A stretch of DNA of 64,000 bases from Alphaproteobacteria bacterium (GTDB lineage: Bacteria > Pseudomonadota > Alphaproteobacteria > SP197): assembly GCA_965242595.1 (NCBI GenBank), contig OZ251464.1, forward strand, positions 2,568,021 through 2,632,020, in the 5' to 3' direction. Both the position numbers and the translations under genes were made by a program. This document shows positions 37,244 through 47,223 of the stretch, in pieces. Numbering within the stretch: position 1 is the stretch's first letter; every line of letters starts with the position of its first letter. The notes below the pieces were generated by a model, which was not told where the DNA came from, made no database searches, and saw only the letters and a program-made list of their open reading frames with translations.

Positions 37244-39412
37244 TTACGAGCTTTGGGGCGGCGCCAGGCTGCCGGTCTCCAGGCGCAGGATGGCGGGGGC
37301 CGTGGCGCCGCCGCGCAACTCGCCGAAATAGACCGTGACATGCGGGAACGGGATTTCGATTCCCACGGCGTCGAAATGGAGCTTGACCAGGCGCAGATAA
37401 TCGCGCCGCACGCCCCATTGATAGCCCGCCAGGGTGGGAACCCGCACCCGCACGGTGACCGACGAATCGCCCAGCTCGTTGACGCCCAGCACCTCCAGCT
37501 CGCCGGCCAGCCGCTGGGCCAGCTCCGGGTCCTGCCGGGCCTGGCGGTCCACCTCGCGCAGCGCCGCGATCACCCGGTCGGTGTTTTCCTGATAGGCGAC
37601 GCCGACATCGATCACGGCATAGCCATGATCGCGCATCATGTTGGTAAGCGTGCCGATCTGGCCGAAGGGCACGGTGTGGAGATAGCCGTCGAGATCGCGC
37701 AGGGTGACGGCGCGAATCGAGATGCTTTCCACACCCCCCATCTTGCCGCCGGCGTCGATCCAGTCGCCCACGGAAAGCTGATCTTCGAACAGGATGAAGG
37801 CGCCGGCGATGACATCCTTCACCAGCGCCTGGGCGCCGAAGCCGATGGCCAGCCCGGCGACGCCGGCACCGGCCAGCAGCGGGCCGATATCCAGCCCCAG
37901 CTCTGCCAGCACGGTCAGCGTGGCGACGGCGGCGATCGCCACCAGCAGCGCGTTGCGGGCCAGCGGCAACAGCGTTTTCAGGCGCGGCCCGGCCGCCTGG
38001 CCGCGGGCGAGATAGCCGGTGATGGCGCCGTCGCCCAGCTCCCAGGCCAGCACGGCGGCAAGCGCCACCGCCAGGATTTCCAGCCCCCGCCCGGCCGCAT
38101 CCAGCGCCGGGGGCGATAGCAGCAGGGCGGCGGAATCGACCCCCCAGCCTTCCAGTGCCGCCGCCGCCGCCAGCAGCCAGACGGCGCCGTTCAGCAGCCA
38201 GCCCACCGCCCACAGATAGCGGTCGGTGCGCTTTTCCAGCCCCGGGAAGCGACGCGCCAGATCGGCGCCGATGCGAAACAGGCGCCCCAGCGCGCCGTGA
38301 ACCGCGGTGGAGGCCAGCAGCGCCGCGAACAGGGCCAGCGCCGTGGCGGCGAAGCCCCGCAGCAGAAAGGCGAAATCCAGCCCCAGCAGCCAGGCCGCGA
38401 ACAGCGCCGCCACCGCCAGCATGGCCAGCACATGCCAGATATCGGCCAGGCGGCGGCGCAGCGCCGCGCCGCTGCCACCCCTGGGATGCTGGCGAATCCA
38501 TTCGGCGACCGTCTGCCGGCTTTGGGCGACGACGCTGACGGCCATGGCCGCCAGCGCCAGCACCAGGGGCAGGCGCAGCAGCGCCACCGCCACATCCGGC
38601 AGGCCCAGATCGGCCAGCAATTGCAGCATGAAGGCGCCATAGATGCCCACACCCAGGAAGCGCGCCGCCCACACCATGAGATAGGCCGCCTGGCCGTCGT
38701 CGATGGGCAACAGGCGCGATGCCGGCGCCAGCGGTGCCAGCACGGCGCGCAGGGCGGCGATGGCGCCATGGGCCAGGGTGGCGGCGGCCACGGCGGCGAT
38801 GCAGATGGCGCGGGCGGGATCGTCTGGCACCACCGCCAGCACGACGGCGCAGACGATGGCGGCGAAGGCGGCCAGCGGCGCGAGATGGAGGCCGAAACGC
38901 GCCAGGGCCAGCGGCGGGCGTTCGAACCAGGGGCCGACGGCGCGCCCGCGCAGGCGCAGCAGAGAGGGGCGGCAGGCGCGGGACGCCGCCGCCGCGCCCA
39001 GCGCCGCCAGAGCCAGGGCCAGAACGCTTTGCCAGGCGGCGGCGAGCCAGGCGGCGCGGCGCTCGGGGCCGCTTTGGAGGGCGAGCCAGGCGGCGATGCG
39101 GCTGTCGGGGCCGAGCTCGGCGGCCAACTGGCGCAGGCGCTGGCCCAGCCCGCCAAGGCCGGCCTGCAACCCCGCTTCCAGGGCGACGATGCCGCCAGCG
39201 CCCCCGGCACCCTGGCCGGGAAGGGCGTCATCCTGGCGCGCCGCCCGCAGCTCTGCGATCAGCGCGGCGCGGGCGGCGTCGTCTTCCAGGGTGGCGATCA
39301 GCGCATCCAGCCGCCCGTCGCCGGCAGCCGTGTCGGCCGCCGCCGGCCCATCGGCCAGCGCCAGCAGCGCCACCGCCCCCAGGACGGCAAAGCAGCGCCC
39401 GACAACCCCCAT
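37244..39412 (-). CDS. mechanosensitive ion channel family protein (large MscK/MscM-like, MscS core)
   Basis: It has a signal peptide MGVVGRCFAVLGAVALLALADGPAAA and multiple TM helices. The MscS core reads ..GFGAQALVKDVIAGAFILFEDQLSVGDWID..GGVESISIRAVTLRDLDG... The start Met at 39412 was checked. Confidence 0.85.
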   Translation of the reverse strand: MGVVGRCFAVLGAVALLALADGPAAADTAAGDGRLDALIATLEDDAARAALIAELRAARQDDALPGQGAGGAGGIVALEAGLQAGLGGLGQRLRQLAAELGPDSRIAAWLALQSGPERRAAWLAAAWQSVLALALAALGAAAASRACRPSLLRLRGRAVGPWFERPPLALARFGLHLAPLAAFAAIVCAVVLAVVPDDPARAICIAAVAAATLAHGAIAALRAVLAPLAPASRLLPIDDGQAAYLMVWAARFLGVGIYGAFMLQLLADLGLPDVAVALLRLPLVLALAAMAVSVVAQSRQTVAEWIRQHPRGGSGAALRRRLADIWHVLAMLAVAALFAAWLLGLDFAFLLRGFAATALALFAALLASTAVHGALGRLFRIGADLARRFPGLEKRTDRYLWAVGWLLNGAVWLLAAAAALEGWGVDSAALLLSPPALDAAGRGLEILAVALAAVLAWELGDGAITGYLARGQAAGPRLKTLLPLARNALLVAIAAVATLTVLAELGLDIGPLLAGAGVAGLAIGFGAQALVKDVIAGAFILFEDQLSVGDWIDAGGKMGGVESISIRAVTLRDLDGYLHTVPFGQIGTLTNMMRDHGYAVIDVGVAYQENTDRVIAALREVDRQARQDPELAQRLAGELEVLGVNELGDSSVTVRVRVPTLAGYQWGVRRDYLRLVKLHFDAVGIEIPFPHVTVYFGELRGGATAPAILRLETGSLAPPQSS

Positions 39413-39745
39413 CGCGAACCTCCGCCCGCCAACCGCAAGGGCGGCGATGTCACCACAGGTCGGGCGGCGGGACAATGCGGCGCCAGGAGGGTTAGGTGCC
39501 GCCGTGGTGGCCCAGAGCCTGCATCGGGCCAAGTGCGCGGGGTGTCACGGAACAGGCCGTGTGCGCTCTCCCATCCGACACACCCGAAGGTGTGCTTTTC
39601 CGCACCTCGGCGGCACCTGGCACGCTTTCTTCCATAGCCCGTGCCCGCTGTCAACTGGGCAACCCCGCGCGGCCTCTTCACAGCGGCGGGCGCCTTCGCC
39701 TATAACCCGCCTCGGCGCCGGGGGCGGCGCGTGAGGGAGGCAGGC

Positions 39746-39883
39746 ATGGCCGAGACGATCGCCGACTGGCAACGGGCGGACAGCGCCCATCTCGACACCT
39801 ATCGGGGCGTGATGCGCCTGACCCTGTGGTCCTGTGTGACGGCCGCGGCGGTGCTGGCGGGGATGGCGCTGCTGCTGCTTTAG
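39746..39883 (+). CDS. small membrane protein resembling aa3-type cytochrome oxidase subunit IV (COX4_pro_2-like)
   Basis: MAETIADWQRADSAHLDTYRGVMRLTLWSCVTAAAVLAGMALLLL is 45 aa with one TM helix and an H..TY.G motif. The assignment is from memory of the family consensus. Confidence 0.45.
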   Translation: MAETIADWQRADSAHLDTYRGVMRLTLWSCVTAAAVLAGMALLLL

Positions 39884-41880
39884 CCGGGCGGGCGCAGTTC
39901 GGCCCGCAGCCCTGCCAGGATCGCCGCCACATCGAGCGGGGCCGGGCGTTCCCCGGCGGCGTGGCGGCACGCGATTTCGGCCAGCAGACGGGCGTGGAGG
40001 AACTGGCGCAGCTCTACCGGCAGGCCTTCGCTGGCGGCGACGATGGCGTCTTCCAGCGCCTCGGTCCACAGCGCCGAATGGGCTGTGCGGGCGGCGCCGA
40101 AGCCGTGCAGCGGCGGCTTTGCCCAGCCGCGCGCGGCGCGAATGGCCTGGCGCCTGGCCGCGCTGGCCTCTTCGTCCACCGTGCCGTCGTCTGCCAGCAC
40201 CACGCCGTAATGCCGGGCTGCGCTGGCGCGGGCGACATAGCCATCGGCGACATCGGCCGCCACCTTGTGCGCCTCCCGTTCCAGGGGATCGCCGAAACCG
40301 CCGCCGCCCTGGGTGCCGATGCGCAGCCTGTCGCCCGGTTCCATCTCCAGCAGGTCGATCTTGCCCAGGTCGCGCTCACGCGCGCTGCCGGGGTTCAGCA
40401 GCGTGTAGCCGACCGCGCCCATCTCGCCCCCCAGCCGGCCCGGCGGACCGAACAGATAGCGTTCCATGCAGCGCGAGGTGACCTGGGTGTAGGGCGCGGA
40501 GGTTTCGAATTCGATCTCGATGCCGGTGCCGCCGCGGAAGGCGCCGGGCCCGCCGGAATCGGGGCGCAGGCCGTAATGGCGGATGGCGATCTCCGGCATC
40601 TCGTTTTCGAAGATTTCGGTGGGGATGTTCTTCAGGAAGTTCAGGATCACCATGGTGCCGTCGACGCCGTCGTCGGCCGGGCGCCCACCGGCGCCGCCGA
40701 CGATGGGCTGGACCACCGACACCTTGCGCCCGCCCGCCTGAAAATCGGGCACCGAGACCAGCAGGATCGAGCCCTGGCCGGAATCGGTTGCCGGCAGTTC
40801 CATCGGCACCGCCTGGGCCAGCGCGCCCAGGGTGACGTCGCAGACCTTGTGAGAGGTGGCATAGCGGGCGCCGCAGGCCGCGCCCGGCTCGGGATTGAGG
40901 ATGGTGCCGCGGGGGATCTTCACCTTCAGCGGCCGCACCAGGCCGGCATTGTAGGCGATGGCGGGCTCGCAGGTGCAAAGCCAGTTCACCAGGCCGGTGA
41001 TCAGCATCCAATGGCCGTGATGGCCCCAGGTGGGGATGTTGAGCGCGGCGCGGACCTGGGGCGCGCTGCCGGTGAAATCCAGCAGCATCTCGCCGCCTGC
41101 GACCGTCAGCGCGACATGGATGCGCACCAGGCCCTGGCCCACCATGTCGGCCTCGAGGTAATCGCTGTAGCGCCAGGTGCCGTCCGGCACATGGGCGATG
41201 ACGCGCCGGGCCTGGGCCTCGGCATAGTCCAGCGCCTCGCCGGCGGTGCTCTCCACGACCTCGAAGCCATAGCGGGAGGCCAGCGCCCGGACGCGGCGCC
41301 AAGCGGTATCCAGGCCGGCCAGGCAGGCCTTCATGTCGCCCCAGTTCTGCGCCGGGGTGCGGCAATTGGCCAGGACGGTCTCCAGCAGCCCCCGGTCCAG
41401 CTGGCCGGCCCGGATCAGCTTTTGCGGCGGGATGCGCAGGCCCTCCTGGTAGATTTCGTGGCTGGAAGGGGCGATGGAGCCCGGCACCCGCCCGCCGATA
41501 TCGGAGACGTGGATGAAGCTCCACGCCCAGCACAGAAGCCGCCCCTCCACGAATATGGGCCGCCACAGATAGACATCGGAGAGGTGGGTTGCCATGCCGC
41601 GGGTGGCGTCGGGATCGTTGGAGACGAAGACATCGCCATCGGCGATATCGTCGCCACAGGCGGCCAGCGCCGCCGCCATGGGCATGCCGATCATCATCAG
41701 CACGCCATAGCGGCGCGGGGCGGCGATGACCTCGCCCGTTCGCGAGACCAGGGCGGCGCCGTAATCCTGGGTTTCCTTCACGAACACGGTGTGCGCCGTG
41801 CGCTGGATCGCCTGGGCCATCTCATCGACGATGGCCTGAAAGCGGTTGCAGAGGATTTCCAGGCGGATGCGCCGGTTCAT
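39880..41880 (-). CDS. hyuB: hydantoinase B/oxoprolinase family protein
   Basis: MNRRIRLEILCNRFQAIVDEMAQAIQRTAHTVFVKETQDYGAAL.. is the typical HyuB N-terminus. Its ATG at 41880 overlaps the hyuA stop (ATGA). The 1156-aa ORF is an artefactual upstream extension. Confidence 0.85.
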   Translation of the reverse strand: MNRRIRLEILCNRFQAIVDEMAQAIQRTAHTVFVKETQDYGAALVSRTGEVIAAPRRYGVLMMIGMPMAAALAACGDDIADGDVFVSNDPDATRGMATHLSDVYLWRPIFVEGRLLCWAWSFIHVSDIGGRVPGSIAPSSHEIYQEGLRIPPQKLIRAGQLDRGLLETVLANCRTPAQNWGDMKACLAGLDTAWRRVRALASRYGFEVVESTAGEALDYAEAQARRVIAHVPDGTWRYSDYLEADMVGQGLVRIHVALTVAGGEMLLDFTGSAPQVRAALNIPTWGHHGHWMLITGLVNWLCTCEPAIAYNAGLVRPLKVKIPRGTILNPEPGAACGARYATSHKVCDVTLGALAQAVPMELPATDSGQGSILLVSVPDFQAGGRKVSVVQPIVGGAGGRPADDGVDGTMVILNFLKNIPTEIFENEMPEIAIRHYGLRPDSGGPGAFRGGTGIEIEFETSAPYTQVTSRCMERYLFGPPGRLGGEMGAVGYTLLNPGSARERDLGKIDLLEMEPGDRLRIGTQGGGGFGDPLEREAHKVAADVADGYVARASAARHYGVVLADDGTVDEEASAARRQAIRAARGWAKPPLHGFGAARTAHSALWTEALEDAIVAASEGLPVELRQFLHARLLAEIACRHAAGERPAPLDVAAILAGLRAELRPPG

Positions 41881-43916
41881 CGGCTCAGCTCGCCCACCAG
41901 ATTGCCCTGGGCGTCCACGCTGAGCGTGAAGCCCGCCGGCACATAGGCGGTGCTGTCGTATTGCTCTACGATCAGCGGCCCGCGATAGGCCTCGCCTGGG
42001 CGCAGATGCTGGCGGGGCCACACATCGGCCCAGGCGGCCTTGCCATTTTCGCACACTTGGCGCCTGCCGCCGGGGCCGGCGGCGGGGCCGGGCCGGGCCG
42101 GCGCGGCGGGGCGGGGGCTGGCGGTGGCGCCCACGATCTGCAGCCTGGCCTCCAGCATCCGCACCGGCGCCTCGGCGTCGGCATAGCCGTAAAGCGTTCG
42201 GTAGCGCCGGTGGAACCAGCCCACCATGGCGGCGGCGGTCAGCTCTCCGGCGTCCTCCGGGAAGGGCACGTTCACCTCGAAGGACTGGCCGGCATAGCAG
42301 AGATCGGCCGAGCGCAGCAGATAGACCCGCTCCAGCGCCACCTTCTGTTCGGCCAGCCAGGCGCGCGCCTCGCCTTCCAGCCGGGCGAAGATGGCCCGCA
42401 GCTCGTCCGCCGCCAGCGTGGCCGTGTCGCGCCAGACGCTGGCCACGAAATCGGCGCGCAGATCGCCCAGCAGGCCGCCCAGCGCGCACAGCAGGCCGGG
42501 GGCGGGCGGCACGATCACGCGGGCGATCTCCGCCTCGCGCGCCAGCATGAAGGCGGCGGTGGGGCCGGCGGCGCCATAGGCGAACAGGGCGAAGCCGGCC
42601 GCATCGACGCCGCGCCGGGCTAGCTGTGGCAGCAGCTCGGCATAGATGCCGGCGATGGCGACCTGCAGCACGGCATCGGCGGCCTGGCGCCTGGAAGCGC
42701 CCAGCGGCGCCGCCAGGCGATCGATGGCGCGGAAGGCCGCCGCCTTGTCCAGCGCCATCTCGCCCCCCAGCAGACCGGCGGGCGAAAGAATACCGGCCGC
42801 CAGCCAGGCATCGGTGACGGTGGCCTCCTTTCCGCCCCGGCCATAGCAGGCGGGGCCGGGGCGGGCGCCGGCCGAGCGCGGCCCCACCTTCAGCACGCCT
42901 TCGGCATCGACCCGGGCGATGGAGCCGCCGCCCGCCCCCAGGGCGCAGATATCGACCGCCGGCACCACGATGGGAACATCGCCCACCGCCGTTTCGCCGC
43001 CGGTGCGAACCGCGCCTTCCACCACCGACATATCGGCGCTGGTGCCGCCCATATCGAAGGTGACGATATCGTCGCAACCGGCGGCGGCGGCCAGGATGTG
43101 GGCGGCAACGACGCCGCAGGCCGGCCCCGAAAGCAGGGTTTCCACCGGGCGGGCGGCGGCCGATGCCAGGCTCATGACGCCGCCGTTGGATTTGGTGGCG
43201 AAGGGGCGGCAGGGCATGGCGAGGTGCTGGCACAGCGTCTCCAGCCGCCGGAAATAGGCCGCCATGCGGGGGGCGACATAGGCGTTGGCCACCGCCACCG
43301 CCGCCCGTTCGTATTCCCTTTGCTGCGGCCAGATGTGCGACGACGCGCATACGGGAAGGCCGGGGAAGGCCTGCTCGACCCAGGCCTGGGCCTGGCGTTC
43401 ATGGGCCGGGTTGCGATGGGCGTGAAGGAAGCATATCGCCAGGATATCGATGCCTTCGGCCAGCAGGGCGCGGACCTGTTCTTCCACATCGTCGCGGCGG
43501 GGCGCGGTTTCCACCCGCCCGTCGGCCCGCATGCGCTCGGCGATGGGCCTGACGCGGCGGCGCGGCACCGGCGAAACCGGCTTGGGCACGAAGAAATCGT
43601 TGGCCTTGGAAAGCCGCAGGCGGCGCAGCTCCAGCGTGTCGGTAAAGCCGCGCGTCATCAGCACGCCCACCCTGGCGCCGGTGCGCTCCAGCAAGGTGTT
43701 CAGCGCCAGCGTGGTGCCGTGGGCAAAATAGCGGATGGCACCGGCGGCGATGCCGTGGCGGTCGCGCAGCGCCTGGATGCCGGCGGCCACGGCGCGGGCG
43801 GGGTCGTCGGGGGTGGAAGGCGTCTTCAGCGCGATCACGGCGCCCGATGCCTCGTCCATCAGCTGCAGGTCGGTGAAGGTGCCGCCGGTGTCGATCCCCA
43901 GCCGATAGCCTGCCAT
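41877..43916 (-). CDS. hyuA: hydantoinase A/oxoprolinase family protein
   Basis: MAGYRLGIDTGGTFTDLQLMDE.. (ASKHA phosphate-1) ..VTFDMGGTSADMS... The gene is 679 aa. Confidence 0.85.
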   Translation of the reverse strand: MAGYRLGIDTGGTFTDLQLMDEASGAVIALKTPSTPDDPARAVAAGIQALRDRHGIAAGAIRYFAHGTTLALNTLLERTGARVGVLMTRGFTDTLELRRLRLSKANDFFVPKPVSPVPRRRVRPIAERMRADGRVETAPRRDDVEEQVRALLAEGIDILAICFLHAHRNPAHERQAQAWVEQAFPGLPVCASSHIWPQQREYERAAVAVANAYVAPRMAAYFRRLETLCQHLAMPCRPFATKSNGGVMSLASAAARPVETLLSGPACGVVAAHILAAAAGCDDIVTFDMGGTSADMSVVEGAVRTGGETAVGDVPIVVPAVDICALGAGGGSIARVDAEGVLKVGPRSAGARPGPACYGRGGKEATVTDAWLAAGILSPAGLLGGEMALDKAAAFRAIDRLAAPLGASRRQAADAVLQVAIAGIYAELLPQLARRGVDAAGFALFAYGAAGPTAAFMLAREAEIARVIVPPAPGLLCALGGLLGDLRADFVASVWRDTATLAADELRAIFARLEGEARAWLAEQKVALERVYLLRSADLCYAGQSFEVNVPFPEDAGELTAAAMVGWFHRRYRTLYGYADAEAPVRMLEARLQIVGATASPRPAAPARPGPAAGPGGRRQVCENGKAAWADVWPRQHLRPGEAYRGPLIVEQYDSTAYVPAGFTLSVDAQGNLVGELSR

Positions 43917-43925
43917 GGCCGCCGC

Positions 43926-44942
43926 TCAGCCGTTTTCGTCGCCGGGGGCGGGGGCGTCTTTGGCGCGGCGGCCCAGCAGCTGGTAAAGCGCATGTTCGCG
44001 CCGCACCATGTCGTGGGCGTTGTTGGCGCGCCAGGCCTCGTCCACCTGGGTGCGGTTTTTCGCCTTGTCGGCCTTCAGCGCGCGGATGAAGCTGCCGTCC
44101 TTGATGGCGGCCAGCATGGCGCGCATGCCTTGCAGCGTCTCGTCCTGGTCGAAATAGCGCTGCGACCACACCAGATGGCCGAACTGGGCGGTGGCGCTGG
44201 CCCGCTTCATACGCTCGAAGGCGCCCAGATCGCGCCCATATTCGGCGAATTTCACGCTTTCGCCCGAGGCGTAGAGGTCGAGCATGACCGCCTCCGGCGA
44301 ACAGCCCGCCTCCACCAGGGCGGTGTACATGGCGCGCAGGGCATAGAGGCCGGGCTGGTGTTCCTCGAACAGGTCGATGGTGACCTCTTCCTCGAAGCTC
44401 GATTCCAGCACCCCCATGCGGGTCGAGCCGATGGCCCTGGAAAGCGCCAGGCAGGTGGCCATGGCCCCGCCGCTGGCATCCTGGGCCACGGCGATCAGGC
44501 TGGGAAAGCCCCGCCCTTCCAGAAAGGTGGCGCGCACGCCCTCGCCCAGCATGCGCGGGGCCACCATCACCACGTCCAGCGACGGGTGGGGCTGGATTTC
44601 GCCGTAATGGATGTTGAAGCCATGGGCAAAGCACAGGGTATCGCCCGGCTTGCGGTGGGGGGCGATCCAGTCGCGATAGACCTGGGGCTGGCAATCGTCG
44701 GAGGTCAGCATCATCACCACATCGGCGCCGCGGGCGGCATCTTCGATGGACGAAAGCGGCCAGCCATCGGCGCGGGCACAGGCGGCGTGGGCGTCTTCGA
44801 TGTTGCCCACCGCGACATCCAGGCCGGCATCCTTCATGTTGAGCGCCTGGCTGCGCCCCTGATTGCCATAGCCGATCACGGCGACGCGCTTGCCGGCAAG
44901 GCGCGCAAGGTCGGCATCGTCGTCGAAATAGAATCTGGCCAT
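43926..44942 (-). CDS. ilvC: ketol-acid reductoisomerase (class I) or close paralogue
   Basis: MARFYFDDDADLARLAGKRVAVIGYGNQGRSQALNMKDAGLDV.. is collinear with the KARI N-terminus and the gene is 338 aa. It deviates from the usual GSQGHAHA loop and sits next to hyuAB, so it could be a specialised paralogue. Confidence 0.7.
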   Translation of the reverse strand: MARFYFDDDADLARLAGKRVAVIGYGNQGRSQALNMKDAGLDVAVGNIEDAHAACARADGWPLSSIEDAARGADVVMMLTSDDCQPQVYRDWIAPHRKPGDTLCFAHGFNIHYGEIQPHPSLDVVMVAPRMLGEGVRATFLEGRGFPSLIAVAQDASGGAMATCLALSRAIGSTRMGVLESSFEEEVTIDLFEEHQPGLYALRAMYTALVEAGCSPEAVMLDLYASGESVKFAEYGRDLGAFERMKRASATAQFGHLVWSQRYFDQDETLQGMRAMLAAIKDGSFIRALKADKAKNRTQVDEAWRANNAHDMVRREHALYQLLGRRAKDAPAPGDENG

Positions 44943-45062
44943 GGCTGCTCCTGGGCTAAGGGGGCCTTCTCATAGCCCGGCCGGGCCGGTGCCTGCAATG
45001 CGGGCACTTGCCGGGCGGGCGTCCTTCCACTATCTGTTGCGGGCGAAAGCGAGGGGAAGGCC

Positions 45063-46016
45063 ATGACCGCTGCATCCGACACCGCCCTGGGGCGCCTGGA
45101 AGCTGTCGATCTGCGCCAGGTGTGGCCGAGGGAAGACGACGGCTTCACGCCCTGGCTCGCCGACGAGGGCAACATCCAGTTGCTGGGCGATGCCATCGGG
45201 GTTGAGCTCGAAGTAGAGGGGATCGAGCAGGGCGTAGGGCCGTTCCGCGCCGACATCCTGTGCCGGGATAGGAACACCGGGCAGCAGGTGCTGATCGAAA
45301 ACCAGTTGGAGCGCACCGACCACACCCATCTCGGGCAGTTGCTGACCTATGCCGCTGGCCGCGATGCCGTCACCGTGGTCTGGATCGCCCGGCGCTTCAC
45401 CGATGAGCATCGTGCGGCGCTGGACTGGTTGAACGAAATCACCGGCAACAAGATCGGCTTCTTCGGCATCGAGATCGAGCTTTGGAGAATCGGCGCCTCG
45501 GCCCCCGCCCCGAAGTTCAACATCGTTTCGCAACCCAACAACTGGACGAAGTCTTCGGGAGGACCGTCTGGGCGCCCCCCGACAGATAGGGAGAAATTTC
45601 TGATTGAATACTGGCATGCGCTCTGGGAGGCGTCCGGTGAAATCCTGGAACGGTGTGGTTATCAACAACCGTCATCCCATTATTTCACAGGCCGCGAAGT
45701 CGGTCGCGTCGGATTCCGGTTATATCTGTTGGCCTCCACTTCGGACAAGTCGATATCCGTTCAATTGGAGATCGACACACAGGACACCAAAGCCGATTAC
45801 GCCGCCCTCCATAACGATAAGGAGGCAATCGAGCACGCGATCGGCGATACGCTCTTGTGGGAAGAACGGCCGGACAAGAAGAGAAGCCGCATCACCCTCC
45901 TGCGACGGGATTGCGACCCAAAAGACCGGGGACTCTGGCAGAAACAGCACGCATGGCTCGTCGACAAACAGGAACTCCTCCACAGCGTCTTCGTGAAACA
46001 AATCGAAGGGCCCTGA
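45063..46016 (+). CDS. DUF4268-type protein with N-terminal PD-(D/E)xK-like nuclease fold
   Basis: ..GPFRADILCRDRNTGQQVLIENQLERTDHTHLGQLLTYAAG.. shows a D...E-x-Q core plus the HLGQ.LTY motif I associate with DUF4268 proteins. Its GC is intermediate, lower than the flanks. Confidence 0.55.
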   Translation: MTAASDTALGRLEAVDLRQVWPREDDGFTPWLADEGNIQLLGDAIGVELEVEGIEQGVGPFRADILCRDRNTGQQVLIENQLERTDHTHLGQLLTYAAGRDAVTVVWIARRFTDEHRAALDWLNEITGNKIGFFGIEIELWRIGASAPAPKFNIVSQPNNWTKSSGGPSGRPPTDREKFLIEYWHALWEASGEILERCGYQQPSSHYFTGREVGRVGFRLYLLASTSDKSISVQLEIDTQDTKADYAALHNDKEAIEHAIGDTLLWEERPDKKRSRITLLRRDCDPKDRGLWQKQHAWLVDKQELLHSVFVKQIEGP

Positions 46017-46043
46017 CGCTTCGCCCCTCTCCGAAACCCCGCC

Positions 46044-47204
46044 ATGCTGCAACCCACCGCCGTCCTGCTCACCACCGACGGTCCGCCCTTCGCGCCCCGG
46101 ACCAACCGGCTGAAGGACGGGTTGAAGCGCACCGCCTTCTGGCCGGCGATCTCCCGCCTCACCTGCGCCTTCAAGGTCCACAACACCTATCTCAAGCCCG
46201 ACGTCTTCACCGACCCGGTGGAGGAATACTGGGCCATGCGCCGCCATGCCGGGCTGTGGGACGTGACCGGCGAGGAGGTGGTGGAGATCGCCGGGCCGGA
46301 CGCCATGGCGCTGGCCGCCCGTTGCGTGCCGCGCCGCCTGGAAAGGCTGGCCGACGGCATGGGCATGTTCGCCTTCCTCACCTGGCCCCATGGCGGCGTG
46401 GTCGAAGACGGCGTGCTGACCCGTTTCCACGACCGCAAGCTGTGGTGGGTGGGCGGCCCCGGCCCGGCAGAGGTGTGGCTTTCCGCCCAGGCGACGGGGC
46501 TGGATGTGGAGGTCCGCTCCTTCCTGGACGATATCCATCTCTGCGCCGTGCAGGGGCCGCAGGCGCGCGCCATCCTGCAACAGGTGGCCGCGTGCGATCT
46601 TTCCGCCCTGCCCCGCTTCGGCATGGTGGAAACCGAAATTTGCGGCGTCGATACGGTCGTCACCCGCACCGGCTTCACGGCCGAACTCGGCTACGACATC
46701 CACATCGCGGTGGAGCGGGCGCTGGAGGTCTTCGAGGGCCTGCGCGAGGCCGGGCGCCCCTTCGGCCTCGCCCTGGCCGGCAGCCAGGCCATGAATCTGC
46801 GCCGGGTCGAGGCGGGCATCCTCAATATCGGCGCCGAAATCGACCACACCACCACACCGCTGGAGCTGGGGTGGGAGCGCATGATCGACTGGCAGCGCGA
46901 CTTCACCGGGCGCGAGGCCCTGGCCGCCCAGCGCCGCCGGGGCGTCTGCCGGCGCATCGCCGGCCTGCGCCTGGAAGGGGGCGGCTGCCGGGCGGGCGAC
47001 AGCGTCTATCGCCAGGGCCGCGCGGCCGGCCGGATCACCAGCGCCGTCACCGGCCCGTCCGTGGGCGGCGAGATCGCCCTGGCCATGCTGGCTACGCCGG
47101 CCTGGCGGGAGGGCGAGGCGTTGCAGGTGGGCGAAAACCGGGTGGCGGCACAGGTGGTGCCGCTGCCCTTCTTCGATCCCGAACGACGGCTGGCGCGGGC
47201 CTAG
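46044..47204 (+). CDS. aminomethyltransferase (GcvT/DmdA) family protein
   Basis: ..EEYWAMRRHAGLWDVTGEEVVEIAGPDAMALA.. ..TRTGFTAELGYDIHI.. ..SQAMNLRRVEAGIL... The gene is 386 aa. Confidence 0.8.
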   Translation: MLQPTAVLLTTDGPPFAPRTNRLKDGLKRTAFWPAISRLTCAFKVHNTYLKPDVFTDPVEEYWAMRRHAGLWDVTGEEVVEIAGPDAMALAARCVPRRLERLADGMGMFAFLTWPHGGVVEDGVLTRFHDRKLWWVGGPGPAEVWLSAQATGLDVEVRSFLDDIHLCAVQGPQARAILQQVAACDLSALPRFGMVETEICGVDTVVTRTGFTAELGYDIHIAVERALEVFEGLREAGRPFGLALAGSQAMNLRRVEAGILNIGAEIDHTTTPLELGWERMIDWQRDFTGREALAAQRRRGVCRRIAGLRLEGGGCRAGDSVYRQGRAAGRITSAVTGPSVGGEIALAMLATPAWREGEALQVGENRVAAQVVPLPFFDPERRLARA

Positions 47205-47223
47205 GCGCCGGGGGAGGAAAGCC

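Noticed and set aside
39880-43350. 1156-aa ORF that looks like a fused HyuA-HyuB.
   Set aside because: The HyuB homology starts at MNRRIRLEILCNRF (ATG at 41880). Upstream residues are an Arg/Gly-rich out-of-frame reading of hyuA, which is encoded in its own frame (41877..43916).
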